A stretch of 58,989 nucleotides of DNA from Candidatus Thorarchaeota archaeon (GTDB taxonomy: Archaea > Asgardarchaeota > Thorarchaeia > Thorarchaeales > Thorarchaeaceae). Positions within the stretch are counted from its first letter, which is position 1; every line of letters starts with the position of its first letter. Under the pieces are notes generated by a model. That model worked only from the letters and a program-made list of their open reading frames with translations, made no database searches and was not told the DNA's origin. The stretch covers positions 1 through 58,989 of the forward strand of contig JBHIAE010000016.1 in assembly GCA_046758445.1 (NCBI GenBank). Reading direction: 5' to 3'. Below, one piece after another: positions 37,945-48,677 of the stretch. A program made the position numbers and the translations under genes.

Positions 37945-38709
37945 CTAGAACGCCATCCATCCGCCGTCTACAGCCAGCGTGTGCCCAGTGATATACTTCG
38001 CATCATCGCTTGCCAAGAAGCATGCAGCGCCCCTGATCCATTCGTTCTCAGCGAACATGGGGAGTGCCGTCCGATCCTTGATTATCTTGCTAATCTCCTT
38101 GTCCGTCATTGCCTCAATGGACATAGCGGTGGGGAAGAATCCTGGTGCTATACCATTGACTCTGATATTGTGCTCTCCCAGTTCTATTGCAAGAGCCTTG
38201 GTCAAGAGATTCATGCCGGCCTTTGATGTGTAGTAGCTTACTTCGGTGAATCTTGTGGCACCAAATCCAAAGGTGGAGGAGATGTTGATCATGCTCCCGT
38301 GCTTCTTCGGTATCATGATCCTAGCAACCTCCCTCGAAGCAACGAAAGCAGATGTTAGGTTCACGTCCATCACTTTGTTCCAGTCTTCAATTGTCTGCTC
38401 AAGCAGAGGTTTGAAGACGTACATTCCGGCGTTGTTGATCAAGACGTCAACCGTCCCTAGCTTGTCGACGGTGAAGTCAACCATATCTATGACTTCCTTC
38501 TCCTTGGAAACGTCCGCCTTGAACGCGAGGGCTCTGACACCGTAATCTTTGGACACTTTCTTCACAATCTTGTCCAGAAGCTTCTTCCTGCGTGCAGCCA
38601 AGACAACGTGCGCACCAGACTCTGCAAAGCCGTATGCGAACTGCTCTCCAAGTCCTGCTGAGCCGCCTGTGATTATGACGACTCTGTCAGTGAGATCATA
38701 CTTTACCAT
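37945..38709 (-). CDS. Classical short-chain dehydrogenase/reductase
   Basis: TGGSAGLG, NNAG, YYTSK, VNGIAPG, GHTLAVDGG. Confidence 0.92.
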   Translation of the reverse strand: MVKYDLTDRVVIITGGSAGLGEQFAYGFAESGAHVVLAARRKKLLDKIVKKVSKDYGVRALAFKADVSKEKEVIDMVDFTVDKLGTVDVLINNAGMYVFKPLLEQTIEDWNKVMDVNLTSAFVASREVARIMIPKKHGSMINISSTFGFGATRFTEVSYYTSKAGMNLLTKALAIELGEHNIRVNGIAPGFFPTAMSIEAMTDKEISKIIKDRTALPMFAENEWIRGAACFLASDDAKYITGHTLAVDGGWMAF

Positions 38710-38779
38710 TCCTAGCCTCTCCTTTTGTAGTCTATACGGAGCCGAATGTCCAAACCTCCATATAAAGACTGAAAGAAGG

Positions 38780-39397
38780 CTATTCTACTGGTTGTCGAAT
38801 GACAGTCTTGAGTTTCTCTGGAGCCGTTCTCCTGGGGTCTCCTAGGTAAATCTCATGATGCTTCCCCCGTAGTTTGAAGCCTTGTTCCTCGGCGAAGTTG
38901 TGTAGCCTCTCTATTGTAGGAGCCTCCTCCGAGTAAGGACCAATGTGCATGATTTGCACTGACAGTCCCTCGTAGTATGATTCGAGTCTGAGCTTAGAAA
39001 GGGCTGCAAGGTCCTTTTTCTCCCTTACAACCTCAATGGTGTCAGACAGGAAATCAAGAGTGACCTCGTCGGGTTGCATTATCATAGAAGTCCAACGCCA
39101 GTCATCCTTGGCCTCGGGGTCGAACTCTTCTTTTCCCTCAATCCACCAAAGGCTCTCGAGCGGCATAACGACGTAGTCTAGGACTCCACCCTTCTTGAGT
39201 GCAAACTTGAGTGGATATGACACTCCGTACAAGACTTCGATGGCCTCTGTGTACTCCTTCGAGGTGCCCGGATAGCCCTTCCCGTCCACCATTAGGAAGT
39301 TCATCTCTGGAACGTCGATCACAACTGGCTTCTTCGGTGAAGGCCTATACAGATGCTTCAGCTTCTTCTTGAAGTCAATCTTCTCCATTTCACTCAT
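38780..39397 (-). CDS. GyrI-like domain protein
   Basis: KIDFKK..KHLY, PLESLWW, QIMHIGPYSEE, HHEIYLGDPRRT. Confidence 0.85.
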   Translation of the reverse strand: MSEMEKIDFKKKLKHLYRPSPKKPVVIDVPEMNFLMVDGKGYPGTSKEYTEAIEVLYGVSYPLKFALKKGGVLDYVVMPLESLWWIEGKEEFDPEAKDDWRWTSMIMQPDEVTLDFLSDTIEVVREKKDLAALSKLRLESYYEGLSVQIMHIGPYSEEAPTIERLHNFAEEQGFKLRGKHHEIYLGDPRRTAPEKLKTVIRQPVE

Positions 39398-39432
39398 CTC
39401 GTAGAATGTGCCGATGATGTGCAACAAAAGGA

Positions 39433-40410
39433 TTACGAGTCGAAAGGAACATCATCATTCTCTTCTCGGTTCCCGCTAGTCACAACTTTGCGGTTTAGTG
39501 CCAACTTCATTATCCCGATTGGGATTATGATTACCATCCAGACCAAGACATCTCCAAGTGTTGTCAGCATGAAATCTGTTCCAGTTGGGTCAAGAAGCAT
39601 CTGTCCCGCTCTCACCATTCTCACGAGTGGGTACACAAGTACAAGACCGAAGATCTGCTTAAGACGGACTGAATCTACCCGGATTGCAAGTCGCGGTCCG
39701 AATTGGGCTCCAATCACCATGCCCAATCCCAAGGCGAAACTAAAGTAAACGTCAATGCTTCCACTGAGAACGTTCTGGAGAGTACCGGCGCCAGTGGTGA
39801 ATAACATTGTGAACATCGATGTAGCCACAGCTGCGTGCATGGGCAATCCCAGTATTATGATGAGTACAGGAACGATGATTACACCTCCACCGAGTCCCAG
39901 GAGGTTGGCCACAATTCCTCCGCCGAATGCTCCTATCAATGCAAGAATCAACGTTGCCCTAGGAGTCCTAGAGAAATCATAGGCTGCCAAGTCTGCCGCC
40001 CAATCTCCGCTTCCTTTCCTTTTGGCAAACAACATTCTCATCGCGATGGGGAACAGAAGGATGGCGAAGACCCACCTGAGCGCATCGTCACCATATACAT
40101 TGAAGATCGTTAGCCGAAGCCACCCCCCGACCCACGAGCCGGGAATTGTTGTGATTGCAAGAAAGAGTCCAGCCGCATAGACGTTTGGGCTCGGCGTCTG
40201 TCTGTGATACACCCAGGTGCTTGAGATTGCAACAAACATGGCTGCAACAAGGGAGGATGAAGGAGCAAGATCGGTGGTCAACCCAAAGACGATGACAAGA
40301 ATTGGCGTGTTGATGATGCCTCCACCGATACCAATCATTGAAGAGAGGGTTCCGACACCAACCGCGAAGGCAGCTATCAACAGAATCTCCGTGGCAATCT
40401 CTTGCATCAA
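39433..40410 (-). CDS. TauE/SafE (TSUP) family transporter
   Basis: Duplicated GIGGG / GLGGGVIIVP motifs, AVATS, multiple TM segments. Confidence 0.88.
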   Translation of the reverse strand: MMQEIATEILLIAAFAVGVGTLSSMIGIGGGIINTPILVIVFGLTTDLAPSSSLVAAMFVAISSTWVYHRQTPSPNVYAAGLFLAITTIPGSWVGGWLRLTIFNVYGDDALRWVFAILLFPIAMRMLFAKRKGSGDWAADLAAYDFSRTPRATLILALIGAFGGGIVANLLGLGGGVIIVPVLIIILGLPMHAAVATSMFTMLFTTGAGTLQNVLSGSIDVYFSFALGLGMVIGAQFGPRLAIRVDSVRLKQIFGLVLVYPLVRMVRAGQMLLDPTGTDFMLTTLGDVLVWMVIIIPIGIMKLALNRKVVTSGNREENDDVPFDS

Positions 40411-40595
40411 GGTCCACGTCCTGTCTGGCCGGGGCGCACTATCAGCTACTTAAGATGTGTTGTTGGTGGGTGTTTGGCTTCGAACTCTCCTTGTTCTAAG
40501 AATCTAGTCAAGCTACAGGTTTCAGACACAATAGTAATAATCCGGCTTGTTCTCTGGTGTAAGGCGCAAGAACTGCTGACGAGAAGGTGCATCTT

Positions 40596-42053
40596 ATGGC
40601 GAAGATTCCGCTCATCAAGAACTACATCAATGGAGAATGGGTCGATTCCGAATCGAAGGATGTTCGAAACGTATACAATCCGGCTACAGGTGATGTCATC
40701 GCAAAAGTCCCCATGAGCACTGTCGAAGAAACAGAAGCGGCCATAGAAGCCGCCAACAATGCCTTCGATAGATGGCGAAGGACAATTCCAATTACAAGGG
40801 CACGTTACTTCTTCGAGATGAAGACAATCATGGAGGAGAAGTTCGAGGAACTTGCTCGTGAGATCGTAATAGAGAATGGGAAGACAATTGACGAGGCACG
40901 TGGAGAGATAAGAAGAGGCATTGAGAATGTAGAGGTCGCCGCTGGGATTCCAACTCTGATGATGGGTCAAAACGCGGAGGATGTTGCTGTTGGGATTGAT
41001 GAGATTCTCATAAGACAACCCTTGGGTGTCTTCTTCTGTCTTGCTCCCTTCAACTTCCCGAGCATGGTGCCGCTCTGGTTTCTTCCTACGGCTGTCGCTT
41101 GCGGCAACACATACATAGTGAAACCTTCACCCCAGGCTCCGATAAGTCAAGTCAAACTCTTCGAAGTCATGGATGAGGTTGGGTTTCCACCAGGGGTGGT
41201 CAATCTGATTCATGGTGATGTTGAAGTGGCAAACGCCCTGCTTGATAGTCCTGTAACAAAGGGGGTGTCATTCGTGGGGTCCACACCCATCGGTCGGAAA
41301 GTGTATGAGCGTGCAGCTGCAAACGGAAAGCGAGCGCAGATTCAGGGAGGCGCCAAGAACTTCCTGCTTGTAATGCCTGACGCTGACCTAGAGCGAACGG
41401 CTTCTGCCCTGATGACTTCTTGCTATGGATGCGCCGGAGAGAGATGCTTGGCTGGTGCGGTGATTCTGGCAACCGAAGAGATTCATGAGTCACTGATGGA
41501 GATTCTTCTGCAGAAGGCAAAGATGATTCGAGTTGGAAACGGGCTGGAAGAGGGCGTACATATGGGGCCGGTGATATCGGCGAAGTCGAAGGAGCGGATA
41601 CTCGAATGCATTGACGAGGGGGTAAAGGACGGAGCGAAACTCGTTCTCGATGGGCGAAAGATAGAGGTTGAAGGTCATCCGAACGGATTCTTCGTAGGTC
41701 CGACTATCTTCGATGATGTCCGGCCAGACATGGCTATCGCTCAGGATGAGATATTCGGCCCCGTCATGGCCGTTGTCAGAGTGAAAGGCTTTGACGAGGC
41801 GTTGGACATCATACATGCGAATCCGTATGGAAATGCATCCTCTATCTTCACCTCCAGCGGCAAATGGGCAAGAGAGTTCTCATACAGAGTTCAAGCAGGG
41901 AATATAGGGATTAACCTCGGAATTGCTGCTCCGGTTGCTCACTTTCCGTTTTCGGGGATGAAGGACTCGTTCTTTGGTGACCTTCATGGACAAGGGCAAG
42001 ACGCTGTCAGATTCTTCACAGAGTCCAAAGTGGTGATTACTCGCTGGTTCTGA
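40596..42053 (+). CDS. mmsA: CoA-acylating methylmalonate-semialdehyde dehydrogenase
   Basis: PFNFPSMVPLW, FVGST, GGAKN, GCAGERCLA, EIFGPV, FFGDLHGQG. Confidence 0.9.
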   Translation: MAKIPLIKNYINGEWVDSESKDVRNVYNPATGDVIAKVPMSTVEETEAAIEAANNAFDRWRRTIPITRARYFFEMKTIMEEKFEELAREIVIENGKTIDEARGEIRRGIENVEVAAGIPTLMMGQNAEDVAVGIDEILIRQPLGVFFCLAPFNFPSMVPLWFLPTAVACGNTYIVKPSPQAPISQVKLFEVMDEVGFPPGVVNLIHGDVEVANALLDSPVTKGVSFVGSTPIGRKVYERAAANGKRAQIQGGAKNFLLVMPDADLERTASALMTSCYGCAGERCLAGAVILATEEIHESLMEILLQKAKMIRVGNGLEEGVHMGPVISAKSKERILECIDEGVKDGAKLVLDGRKIEVEGHPNGFFVGPTIFDDVRPDMAIAQDEIFGPVMAVVRVKGFDEALDIIHANPYGNASSIFTSSGKWAREFSYRVQAGNIGINLGIAAPVAHFPFSGMKDSFFGDLHGQGQDAVRFFTESKVVITRWF

Positions 42054-42080
42054 TGTAAACAACATGAGAGATGATGGAGC

Positions 42081-42512
42081 ATGGAACTGAGCACAACAGG
42101 GGCCATACTCAGTTTCGCACTTGGAATCGAAGAAGAGGCCCTTTCCTTCTATGAGATGATCCAATCTAGTGGAAAGTGTCAGGGTTGGGGAGAAGTTATT
42201 GATGCCCTGTGTGAGGAACATCGACGAGCAACACGGAAACTTGCCCGACTGAGGAGGGAAAGCGTTACAGAGATGATTCTTGAGCCAATTCATGGCTTCA
42301 GGAGTGACGACTATGAGCTTGATGTCGAGACAAGCTCGGATATTGACGAGCAGGGCTATCTGGCCTTGATGAAGAGGATAGAGGCCAATATGTCCGAATT
42401 CCTCAAGACGGCTGCAGTCAAGACCATGTTCCTCCAAGAAGTGAGCCTAGCTCTTGATAATCTAGCCAAGAGAAGAAACAGGAACCTCAGGTCACTTGAA
42501 CAGTTGGGGTAG
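42081..42512 (+). CDS. Ferritin-like / rubrerythrin-family protein
   Basis: ILSFALGIEEEALSFYE...EEHRR helical pattern. Confidence 0.65.
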   Translation: MELSTTGAILSFALGIEEEALSFYEMIQSSGKCQGWGEVIDALCEEHRRATRKLARLRRESVTEMILEPIHGFRSDDYELDVETSSDIDEQGYLALMKRIEANMSEFLKTAAVKTMFLQEVSLALDNLAKRRNRNLRSLEQLG

Positions 42513-42549
42513 GGACCGCATGCTAGTCCTAGACTTCAGCGTCTGAGAA

Positions 42550-43614
42550 CTACTTCTCATAGAAGTACTTGCCCTTCGAGTAGATGACCTCGTCACCTGC
42601 GGTGATCTCGCCTTCTTTCATAGACTTGATTATGTCCACGTGTACGGCGCTAATGTTCGTGCCATTGCAGTCAGGATATGCGCGTCCGAGCGCACAGTGA
42701 ATGGTGTCACCGATCTTTTCGTCAAATAGCATGTTGAGAGTGTATCTCTTGATTCCGCGGTTGGTCCCAATGGCCATTTCGCCAAGCCTCTTGGAGCCTT
42801 CGTCAACCTCTAGAATCTCCTTCAGTGTTGGCTCTCCCTTCTCAGCTGAGTATTCTACCACCTGCCCTTTCTCAAACTTCAGTCGGACACCCTCGATCAG
42901 CTTCCCTTGGTACAAGAACGGAATGTCAAAGTAGATACTTCCTTCCACTGTATCCTCTACGGGCGCAGTGAAGACTTCACCAGAAGGCATGTTACGCTTC
43001 CCATCTGAAGCCACCCAAATGCGTCCTTCAGTCGAAGCATAGAGGTCGGTTTCAGGTCCAATGTATCTGATATCCTTATGATTCTCCAGATGCTCCTTCA
43101 TGAGGTACATGTTCTTGCTCTCATTCTTCCAATCGATGAGCGTAGCTCCATAGACGAAGTCCCGGTATTGTTCAAGGCTCATATCGGCCTGTTGAGCCAA
43201 GGTCCGGCAGGGATGTACTGTTCCAACCCATCGTTTGGACATTATTATCTCCATGAGTTCCTTTTGTGCAACCTGCCTAGTCAGCTGCCTTTTCGCGTCG
43301 ACTTCTGCAAGCGCCTTTGTGTTCACAGGTGACCTGATGGAGATCAAGACGTCACTCTGCTCTGCTGCAGCCATCATGTGTTTTGGGAAGAGCTGAAGCG
43401 CTTCATCGTCAGCCCCATCGAAGAAGGCACGATCAACTTCCTCACTCGACATCAAGACGAGCGGGCTCGCTCCTGCTTTTGCGACATGCTTCATCACTGC
43501 CACAACAAGGTCATGCGCATCCGGCTGGGCCGATATGACAACCATATCGCCTTTCTTAACTTCGGTCGACCATTCGACGAGTATTCTTGCATGTTCATCT
43601 ATTCGTGAATCCAT
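42550..43614 (-). CDS. M29 thermophilic aminopeptidase
   Basis: NMPSGEVFTAP, LGEMAIG, LFDEKIGDTIHCALG, SAVHVD. Confidence 0.92.
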   Translation of the reverse strand: MDSRIDEHARILVEWSTEVKKGDMVVISAQPDAHDLVVAVMKHVAKAGASPLVLMSSEEVDRAFFDGADDEALQLFPKHMMAAAEQSDVLISIRSPVNTKALAEVDAKRQLTRQVAQKELMEIIMSKRWVGTVHPCRTLAQQADMSLEQYRDFVYGATLIDWKNESKNMYLMKEHLENHKDIRYIGPETDLYASTEGRIWVASDGKRNMPSGEVFTAPVEDTVEGSIYFDIPFLYQGKLIEGVRLKFEKGQVVEYSAEKGEPTLKEILEVDEGSKRLGEMAIGTNRGIKRYTLNMLFDEKIGDTIHCALGRAYPDCNGTNISAVHVDIIKSMKEGEITAGDEVIYSKGKYFYEK

Positions 43615-43727
43615 TATTTATCCGACCTTGGTCCGGCACAAGGATTCAGAGAGATATAGCTTGTGGCCTGCGCCATGAATCCTACATCAAAGACTAGAGA
43701 TATATCTACGAGTCCCTGCCAGAGCAT

Positions 43728-44198
43728 ATGAAGGAAGAACTGGCTAAAGCGCTGATTGACGGCCTCTATGGGAAGCAGATTCATCCTCACCCTTTGAAGT
43801 CACTGAATGGCCTGACCTTTCAGGAAGCCGCCGATCGAATTTCCAAGAACGCACATTCATCATATGACTTGCTTTTTCACATCGTTTTCTGGCAGGACCT
43901 TGTTCTAGAGGCAATGCACGGGGAAAAGGTAGAGTGGCCCAAGAAACCTAATGAGGATTGGCCAGACTCGACATCAAAGACTGACTGGGATGCGCTTGTG
44001 CAGAGATTTGAAGAAGGACTTGAGGAGGGGAAGAGAATCCTGAAGGAGGGTGATTTTGAGCGTCCTCTTCCGTCCTGGCGTAATATCCCGATGCTGAGAG
44101 CTGCGATAGTATTGGCTCAACACAACTCATATCACCTTGGCCAGATAGTGGCCAATCGAATAGCTCATGGTTCTTGGCCTCCACCAGAGAAAGAGTAG
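43728..44198 (+). CDS. DinB-family protein
   Basis: HSSYDLLFHIVFWQ and QHNSYHLGQI. Confidence 0.88.
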   Translation: MKEELAKALIDGLYGKQIHPHPLKSLNGLTFQEAADRISKNAHSSYDLLFHIVFWQDLVLEAMHGEKVEWPKKPNEDWPDSTSKTDWDALVQRFEEGLEEGKRILKEGDFERPLPSWRNIPMLRAAIVLAQHNSYHLGQIVANRIAHGSWPPPEKE

Positions 44199-44199
44199 T

Positions 44200-46587
44200 C
44201 TATTTGCTTAGTCCATCTGACTTGGTAACCCTGACGAGTACCGAATTGTACCCCGGTGTGTGACCAAACGCAGTATGCTTGTCGTCAGTCAGAACGTTGA
44301 CATTGCCGTCCTCGTCCCACCAACCATCACTAGACCAGACAATCCTCGGGTCGATATTGTCGGTGACCTCAAGTCTTATTCCGTCTAGACTTCCTCTTCG
44401 TGACTCCAACGTGACCAAGTCTCCAGTTTGAAGTCCGAGTTCTGCAGCCGTTTCCGGGTGCATGGAGAGAGAAGTTCGGCGCGTGGACGCCTCGCTTTTG
44501 GTAGGCATGGTGATGGTTTCTGTGACCACATCGTATGGACAGACATCTAGCTCACATTCACGGCATCCTATGCACTTGGTCTTGTCCCAGGTTGGAATCA
44601 ACAGCGCAGTCATCATGTCAGGGACCTGAATCGGCTCCGGAGACAACTTCACTGCTAGTCCCTCGACCAAAGAACTCAGCTCAGCACGCATCTTAGCAGA
44701 GGAGTCAGTAAGATCCTTCACACCATCCCTCACTATTTCCAGGCTAGGCGGCGACATCGAGATTGCTTCGTCTGGACATTCCTTCACGCATTCTTGGCAT
44801 GTGGTGCAATGAGAGAAGCTCCTTACCTCTCCACCCACCTCAAGCGAAGTATACTGTGAATGGAGACGATCTCTAAGGCGTCCGGTTATCATTATGAGCG
44901 GGTACTCTGAATAGATGTCTGGGGTCGAAACTGGACTCTCTGCGGGCTCCTCATGGAAGGGGAGAGGGTCATGCCCCATGCTCTCGAGTTCCGTAGAACG
45001 GAGCTCTACTTTTTCAGTGTTAGTGGCGAAGTTGTGATCCGCGAACGGTATTGCCGGGCTGGTTGTTCGGATTCCCTCTGGATGCTCAATCAGTTTCTCG
45101 AGTGTAATGTTTCTACAATGCTCGGACTCAAGGGCAGTTCTGATGGCATCCAGTTCCGTAATTTGGAAATGACTCTCAATCCCCAGTCTTGTGGCAATAT
45201 CCGTCCAGATCTGCAACTCGTGACGGGCCTCACCGAGCGGCTCAACAATCCTAGGGGCGTACTGGACGATTCTGTGAAGTTCACTGTGGACCAAATTAGC
45301 ATGTTCGAAGATGAAGGTCGACGGTAGGACAATGTCGCACAGCTTTGCTGTATCAGTCAGCTCCAAGTCGATACAGACACTGAAAGGTATCTTCTCGAGT
45401 GCTCTCCTTGTTCTGTCTGTACTAGGCCATTGAGTAATGGGACTCGCTGCCTGTATGACAAGCACCTTGAGGGGGCTCTCTTCAGAGCCCAGAACGTACT
45501 CGGGTATATACGTACCAGAAGGTACGACTGGTTCTACCGTGGGATCGAGGAGATGACTAAGCGTTACCCCTTCTCCGTTGAAGGGGCTATTGTCTGAGGA
45601 AAGGTACTGGAATCCGCCTCCAGATACTCCAAGGTATCCACAGATGGCCAAGAGACTATGCACAGCCCTCCCTGCCCAAGTACCATTCGTATAGTGATTC
45701 ATACCTGCGGGTGCCGTTGTGATGAGGGCTGGACCATGAGTCGCAAACGTGACTGCTATCTTTTCGATTGTGTTCTCATCCACCCAGGTTATCTCGCTGA
45801 CACTCTTCTTGTCATACTCGCTAACTCGTTTCCTGTACTCTTCGAATCCATGCACATACTTGCTGACAAAGTCACGATCATAGAGGCCTCGGGTTATAAT
45901 CTCATTTGCCAGGCCAAGTGCTAGTGCACCATCTGTACCTGGCCTGATAGTTGTATGAATGTCGGCCATCTTTGCGTGAGGCGTTTTTCGCGGATCGATG
46001 ACTATCAACTTTGCCCCATTGTCTACTGCCTCCTGAATGAATCTCTTGCAGTGGATGCTTGACTCGAACTTGTTTGTACCCCAGACAACAATGCATCTTG
46101 AGTTTGCCCAATCACTTAGTTCGTGCGGCGAAAAAGGTCCTACATTGAACCTTGCTCCTTCATATGCACCTTGGAAGCAGATCTCCACAATTCCGGGAAT
46201 CATTCTACACCCAAAGGCATTGGCAAATCGAGCAGCATACCTGGGTGCCATGCCATCATTACCAGACCCGGAATAGATCCCCACTGATTGTGGCCCGAGT
46301 CCCTCCTTTGCAGATTCCATCCTCAAAGCGATCTCGTCTAGAGCTTCGTCCCAACTTGTCCTCTTTAACGATCCATCACTCTGCTTTCTCAAGGGGTGTA
46401 GTAGTCGGTCCTTGGAGTACATACGCAGGACATGTCCGTAACCCTTTGGACAGCATCTTCCCAAGGTGTATGGATGGTTGGGATCACCTCTTATCCTCAC
46501 GATTCTTCCATCATCAACTTCTACGATGAAGGCACAGATGTCTGGACAATTGAGTGCACATGCTGAATGGTACTCCTGTAACGGCAT
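44200..46587 (-). CDS. Molybdopterin (DMSO reductase family) oxidoreductase with inserted 2x[4Fe-4S] ferredoxin
   Basis: CALNCPDIC...CPKG, WDEALD, IDPR.T, PGTDGALA, DIVLP, HSQ, MHPETAAELG; insert CTTCQECVKECP and CIGCRECELDVCP. Confidence 0.88.
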   Translation of the reverse strand: MPLQEYHSACALNCPDICAFIVEVDDGRIVRIRGDPNHPYTLGRCCPKGYGHVLRMYSKDRLLHPLRKQSDGSLKRTSWDEALDEIALRMESAKEGLGPQSVGIYSGSGNDGMAPRYAARFANAFGCRMIPGIVEICFQGAYEGARFNVGPFSPHELSDWANSRCIVVWGTNKFESSIHCKRFIQEAVDNGAKLIVIDPRKTPHAKMADIHTTIRPGTDGALALGLANEIITRGLYDRDFVSKYVHGFEEYRKRVSEYDKKSVSEITWVDENTIEKIAVTFATHGPALITTAPAGMNHYTNGTWAGRAVHSLLAICGYLGVSGGGFQYLSSDNSPFNGEGVTLSHLLDPTVEPVVPSGTYIPEYVLGSEESPLKVLVIQAASPITQWPSTDRTRRALEKIPFSVCIDLELTDTAKLCDIVLPSTFIFEHANLVHSELHRIVQYAPRIVEPLGEARHELQIWTDIATRLGIESHFQITELDAIRTALESEHCRNITLEKLIEHPEGIRTTSPAIPFADHNFATNTEKVELRSTELESMGHDPLPFHEEPAESPVSTPDIYSEYPLIMITGRLRDRLHSQYTSLEVGGEVRSFSHCTTCQECVKECPDEAISMSPPSLEIVRDGVKDLTDSSAKMRAELSSLVEGLAVKLSPEPIQVPDMMTALLIPTWDKTKCIGCRECELDVCPYDVVTETITMPTKSEASTRRTSLSMHPETAAELGLQTGDLVTLESRRGSLDGIRLEVTDNIDPRIVWSSDGWWDEDGNVNVLTDDKHTAFGHTPGYNSVLVRVTKSDGLSK

Positions 46588-46748
46588 TAGTGGCTGGCAT
46601 GACACGTAATGAGGTCAATAACTCTTGCTGTATAATCCGGCACTCCAGATTTGAGTGGCTGGTCTAGCCTCCTATGAGTAGCCTTGCCGTTCATCTTCTC
46701 GTTCTGGATTCCACTTTCGAGCCCTAGCAGGGCGCTGAAGAGCCGGGA

Positions 46749-47003
46749 CTACTCCAACAGATAGACTCTGTCCTTTTCTCGGACTCTATCGGCCACTTTG
46801 ATGGCAATTTCTTGCCCGGCTTTCCCCTTCTCAATGTCTGCTCTGTCGATTTGCATTGAGGATACCATCTGCTCAAAACTGGTCGTTGTCCCTTCAATGC
46901 TTATCTTGTTTCCAACCTTCAGCGAGTCTTCGAGCATAATCGCGGCGACATTGATCTTGGCGAAATACCTTGTGACTACTCCAACTAGCTTCTTCTCACT
47001 CAA
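46749..47003 (-). CDS. Small translation-factor-like beta-barrel protein (U32 C-terminal-like)
   Basis: VGVVTRYFAKINVA...FEQMVSSMQID...GQEIAIKV..RVRE.D.VY. Confidence 0.8.
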   Translation of the reverse strand: MSEKKLVGVVTRYFAKINVAAIMLEDSLKVGNKISIEGTTTSFEQMVSSMQIDRADIEKGKAGQEIAIKVADRVREKDRVYLLE

Positions 47004-47115
47004 TGTCGGAGACCTCTTGATGCCCGTTGTGTCCGTGACTGAAAAGTCCTTTGTCCTCTCGGGACTCGAGAATCCACCTAACGTCCTCGCTCGTCAAGGA
47101 GGACTGCGGTAGTCA

Positions 47116-48543
47116 CTAGTGATGCGCATGCGTATGACCGCCGTCTATTGGCGCAAGCCTCCCGATTGCTCTCTGAACAACCTCGGACATTGCGGGGTGA
47201 ATATGCATTGCCCTTAGTGCAGGCATGTATGCACCATCATGCGTATGCATGAGACTGATGATCTCATGGATCAAGATTGGAGAGTATGGACCTATTATCG
47301 TTGCACCAAGGATACGCCGAGTTTCCGCATCCGCTATGACTCTCGCAAAGCCTTCGGGGTTTCCCATTGCAAACCCCTTTGCCACATCTGTGTATTCTGC
47401 TCGGCCAACTAGTAGCCTCTTTCCTGACGCCTTTGCCTGACGAAGAGTCATTCCAACTGTCGCAATAGGAGGATATGAGAAGACTGCCCAGGGAACAGCA
47501 CTGTAGTCCATGGAGATAAGCTCCTGTTCGTGACCACTGCCACCATGTAGAGAACGTCTCCAATTGTACCACACAATCTGACTCTCCTCATTTGCGACAT
47601 GACGGAACAAGTATCGTCCAATTGCATCGCCAAAAGCCCAGATCCTTGGCTTGGACGTCCGAAAGTACTCATCAACCAGAACATACCCTCTGTCGTCGGT
47701 CTTTACCCCCGTCTTTTCTGGCTTGAAGAGGTCGGCATTGGACCTCCTACCAGCCGCTATCAGGAGTGAGTCTGCGGTGAACTCCTTCTCCGCCCCTGTA
47801 TCTCGGTTTCTCGCAATCACCACTTTCTTGCCTTTCGATTCAGAAACCGCCACTCCTTCATGATTCGTCAAAACTTTCATTCTCTTGGAGAGCTCCCGTT
47901 TGAGCAACTCTGAAACATCGTGATCCTCGTTCTTCACCAAATACGGGTTCCTTCCGATAATTGTAACATCGGATCCGACTGCACTGAAGAAGTGTCCAAA
48001 CTCTGCAGCTATGTAGCCGCCTCCTAGGATGATCATTGACTCGGGGAGCTCTGTCAGCTCGAGAGCTTCCTTGTTGGTCATGAAGTCAACCTTGTCCAAT
48101 CCTTTGATCTTTGGGATGAGTGGTCGACTACCTGCCGCAATGAAGATGTGTTCACCCTTAATGGTTTCATCATCTACTTTCATGGTGTAGTTCCCAGTGA
48201 ACTCTCCGGTCGTGTGATACCAATCATAACCCCTGGTTGCATTGATAGCTTGGCCGATGTTGCGTGCATCGGTTCCCACGTGATTCCGCATTCTCTGCAT
48301 TAGGGCTGCGAAGTCAACAGACTCGACCTTCGCACTGAGGTTCAACGTTTCTGAGTGTTGCGTCTGCACGATCATGTCAGCCACATAGGTCAGAATCTTA
48401 GTGGGGATGCAACCTCTATTCAGACACGTCCCACCCATGGGCCCATTCTCGACAATCGCGACCTCCATTCCACTTTCGAACGCTGGTGATGCAAGGTTCA
48501 GCCCCGCCCCTGAACCTATCACAATCAAATCATACTTCTTCAT
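47116..48543 (-). CDS. Dihydrolipoamide dehydrogenase / mycothione reductase-like flavoprotein disulfide reductase
   Basis: GSGAG, GGTCLNRGCIP, GGGYI, GDA, HPAMSE; His-rich tail HTHAHH. Confidence 0.88.
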   Translation of the reverse strand: MKKYDLIVIGSGAGLNLASPAFESGMEVAIVENGPMGGTCLNRGCIPTKILTYVADMIVQTQHSETLNLSAKVESVDFAALMQRMRNHVGTDARNIGQAINATRGYDWYHTTGEFTGNYTMKVDDETIKGEHIFIAAGSRPLIPKIKGLDKVDFMTNKEALELTELPESMIILGGGYIAAEFGHFFSAVGSDVTIIGRNPYLVKNEDHDVSELLKRELSKRMKVLTNHEGVAVSESKGKKVVIARNRDTGAEKEFTADSLLIAAGRRSNADLFKPEKTGVKTDDRGYVLVDEYFRTSKPRIWAFGDAIGRYLFRHVANEESQIVWYNWRRSLHGGSGHEQELISMDYSAVPWAVFSYPPIATVGMTLRQAKASGKRLLVGRAEYTDVAKGFAMGNPEGFARVIADAETRRILGATIIGPYSPILIHEIISLMHTHDGAYMPALRAMHIHPAMSEVVQRAIGRLAPIDGGHTHAHH

Positions 48544-48677
48544 GATGTCTGAGTTAACGATAGTGTACAAGATAAGTCTACCGCTCACTGCGAGTGGCCA
48601 ACCACAATCTATCAGCAGTTCACAGGTCGCCAAGCTTAAGTGCTGAACGACTGACTCGTTACGAAGAGGCTCCAGAA

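Noticed and set aside
40446-41018. Long antisense or alternate-frame ORFs (e.g. 40446-41018, 16761-17498, 41880-42437, 53103-53639)
   Set aside because: They overlap well-supported genes and lack recognisable motifs; treated as shadow ORFs.
8161-43706. Isolated GATATATC copies at about 8161, 14014, 28102, 30703, 30893 and 43699
   Set aside because: They lie inside CDSs or stand alone, and I saw no 14-bp-phased partner; treated as chance.
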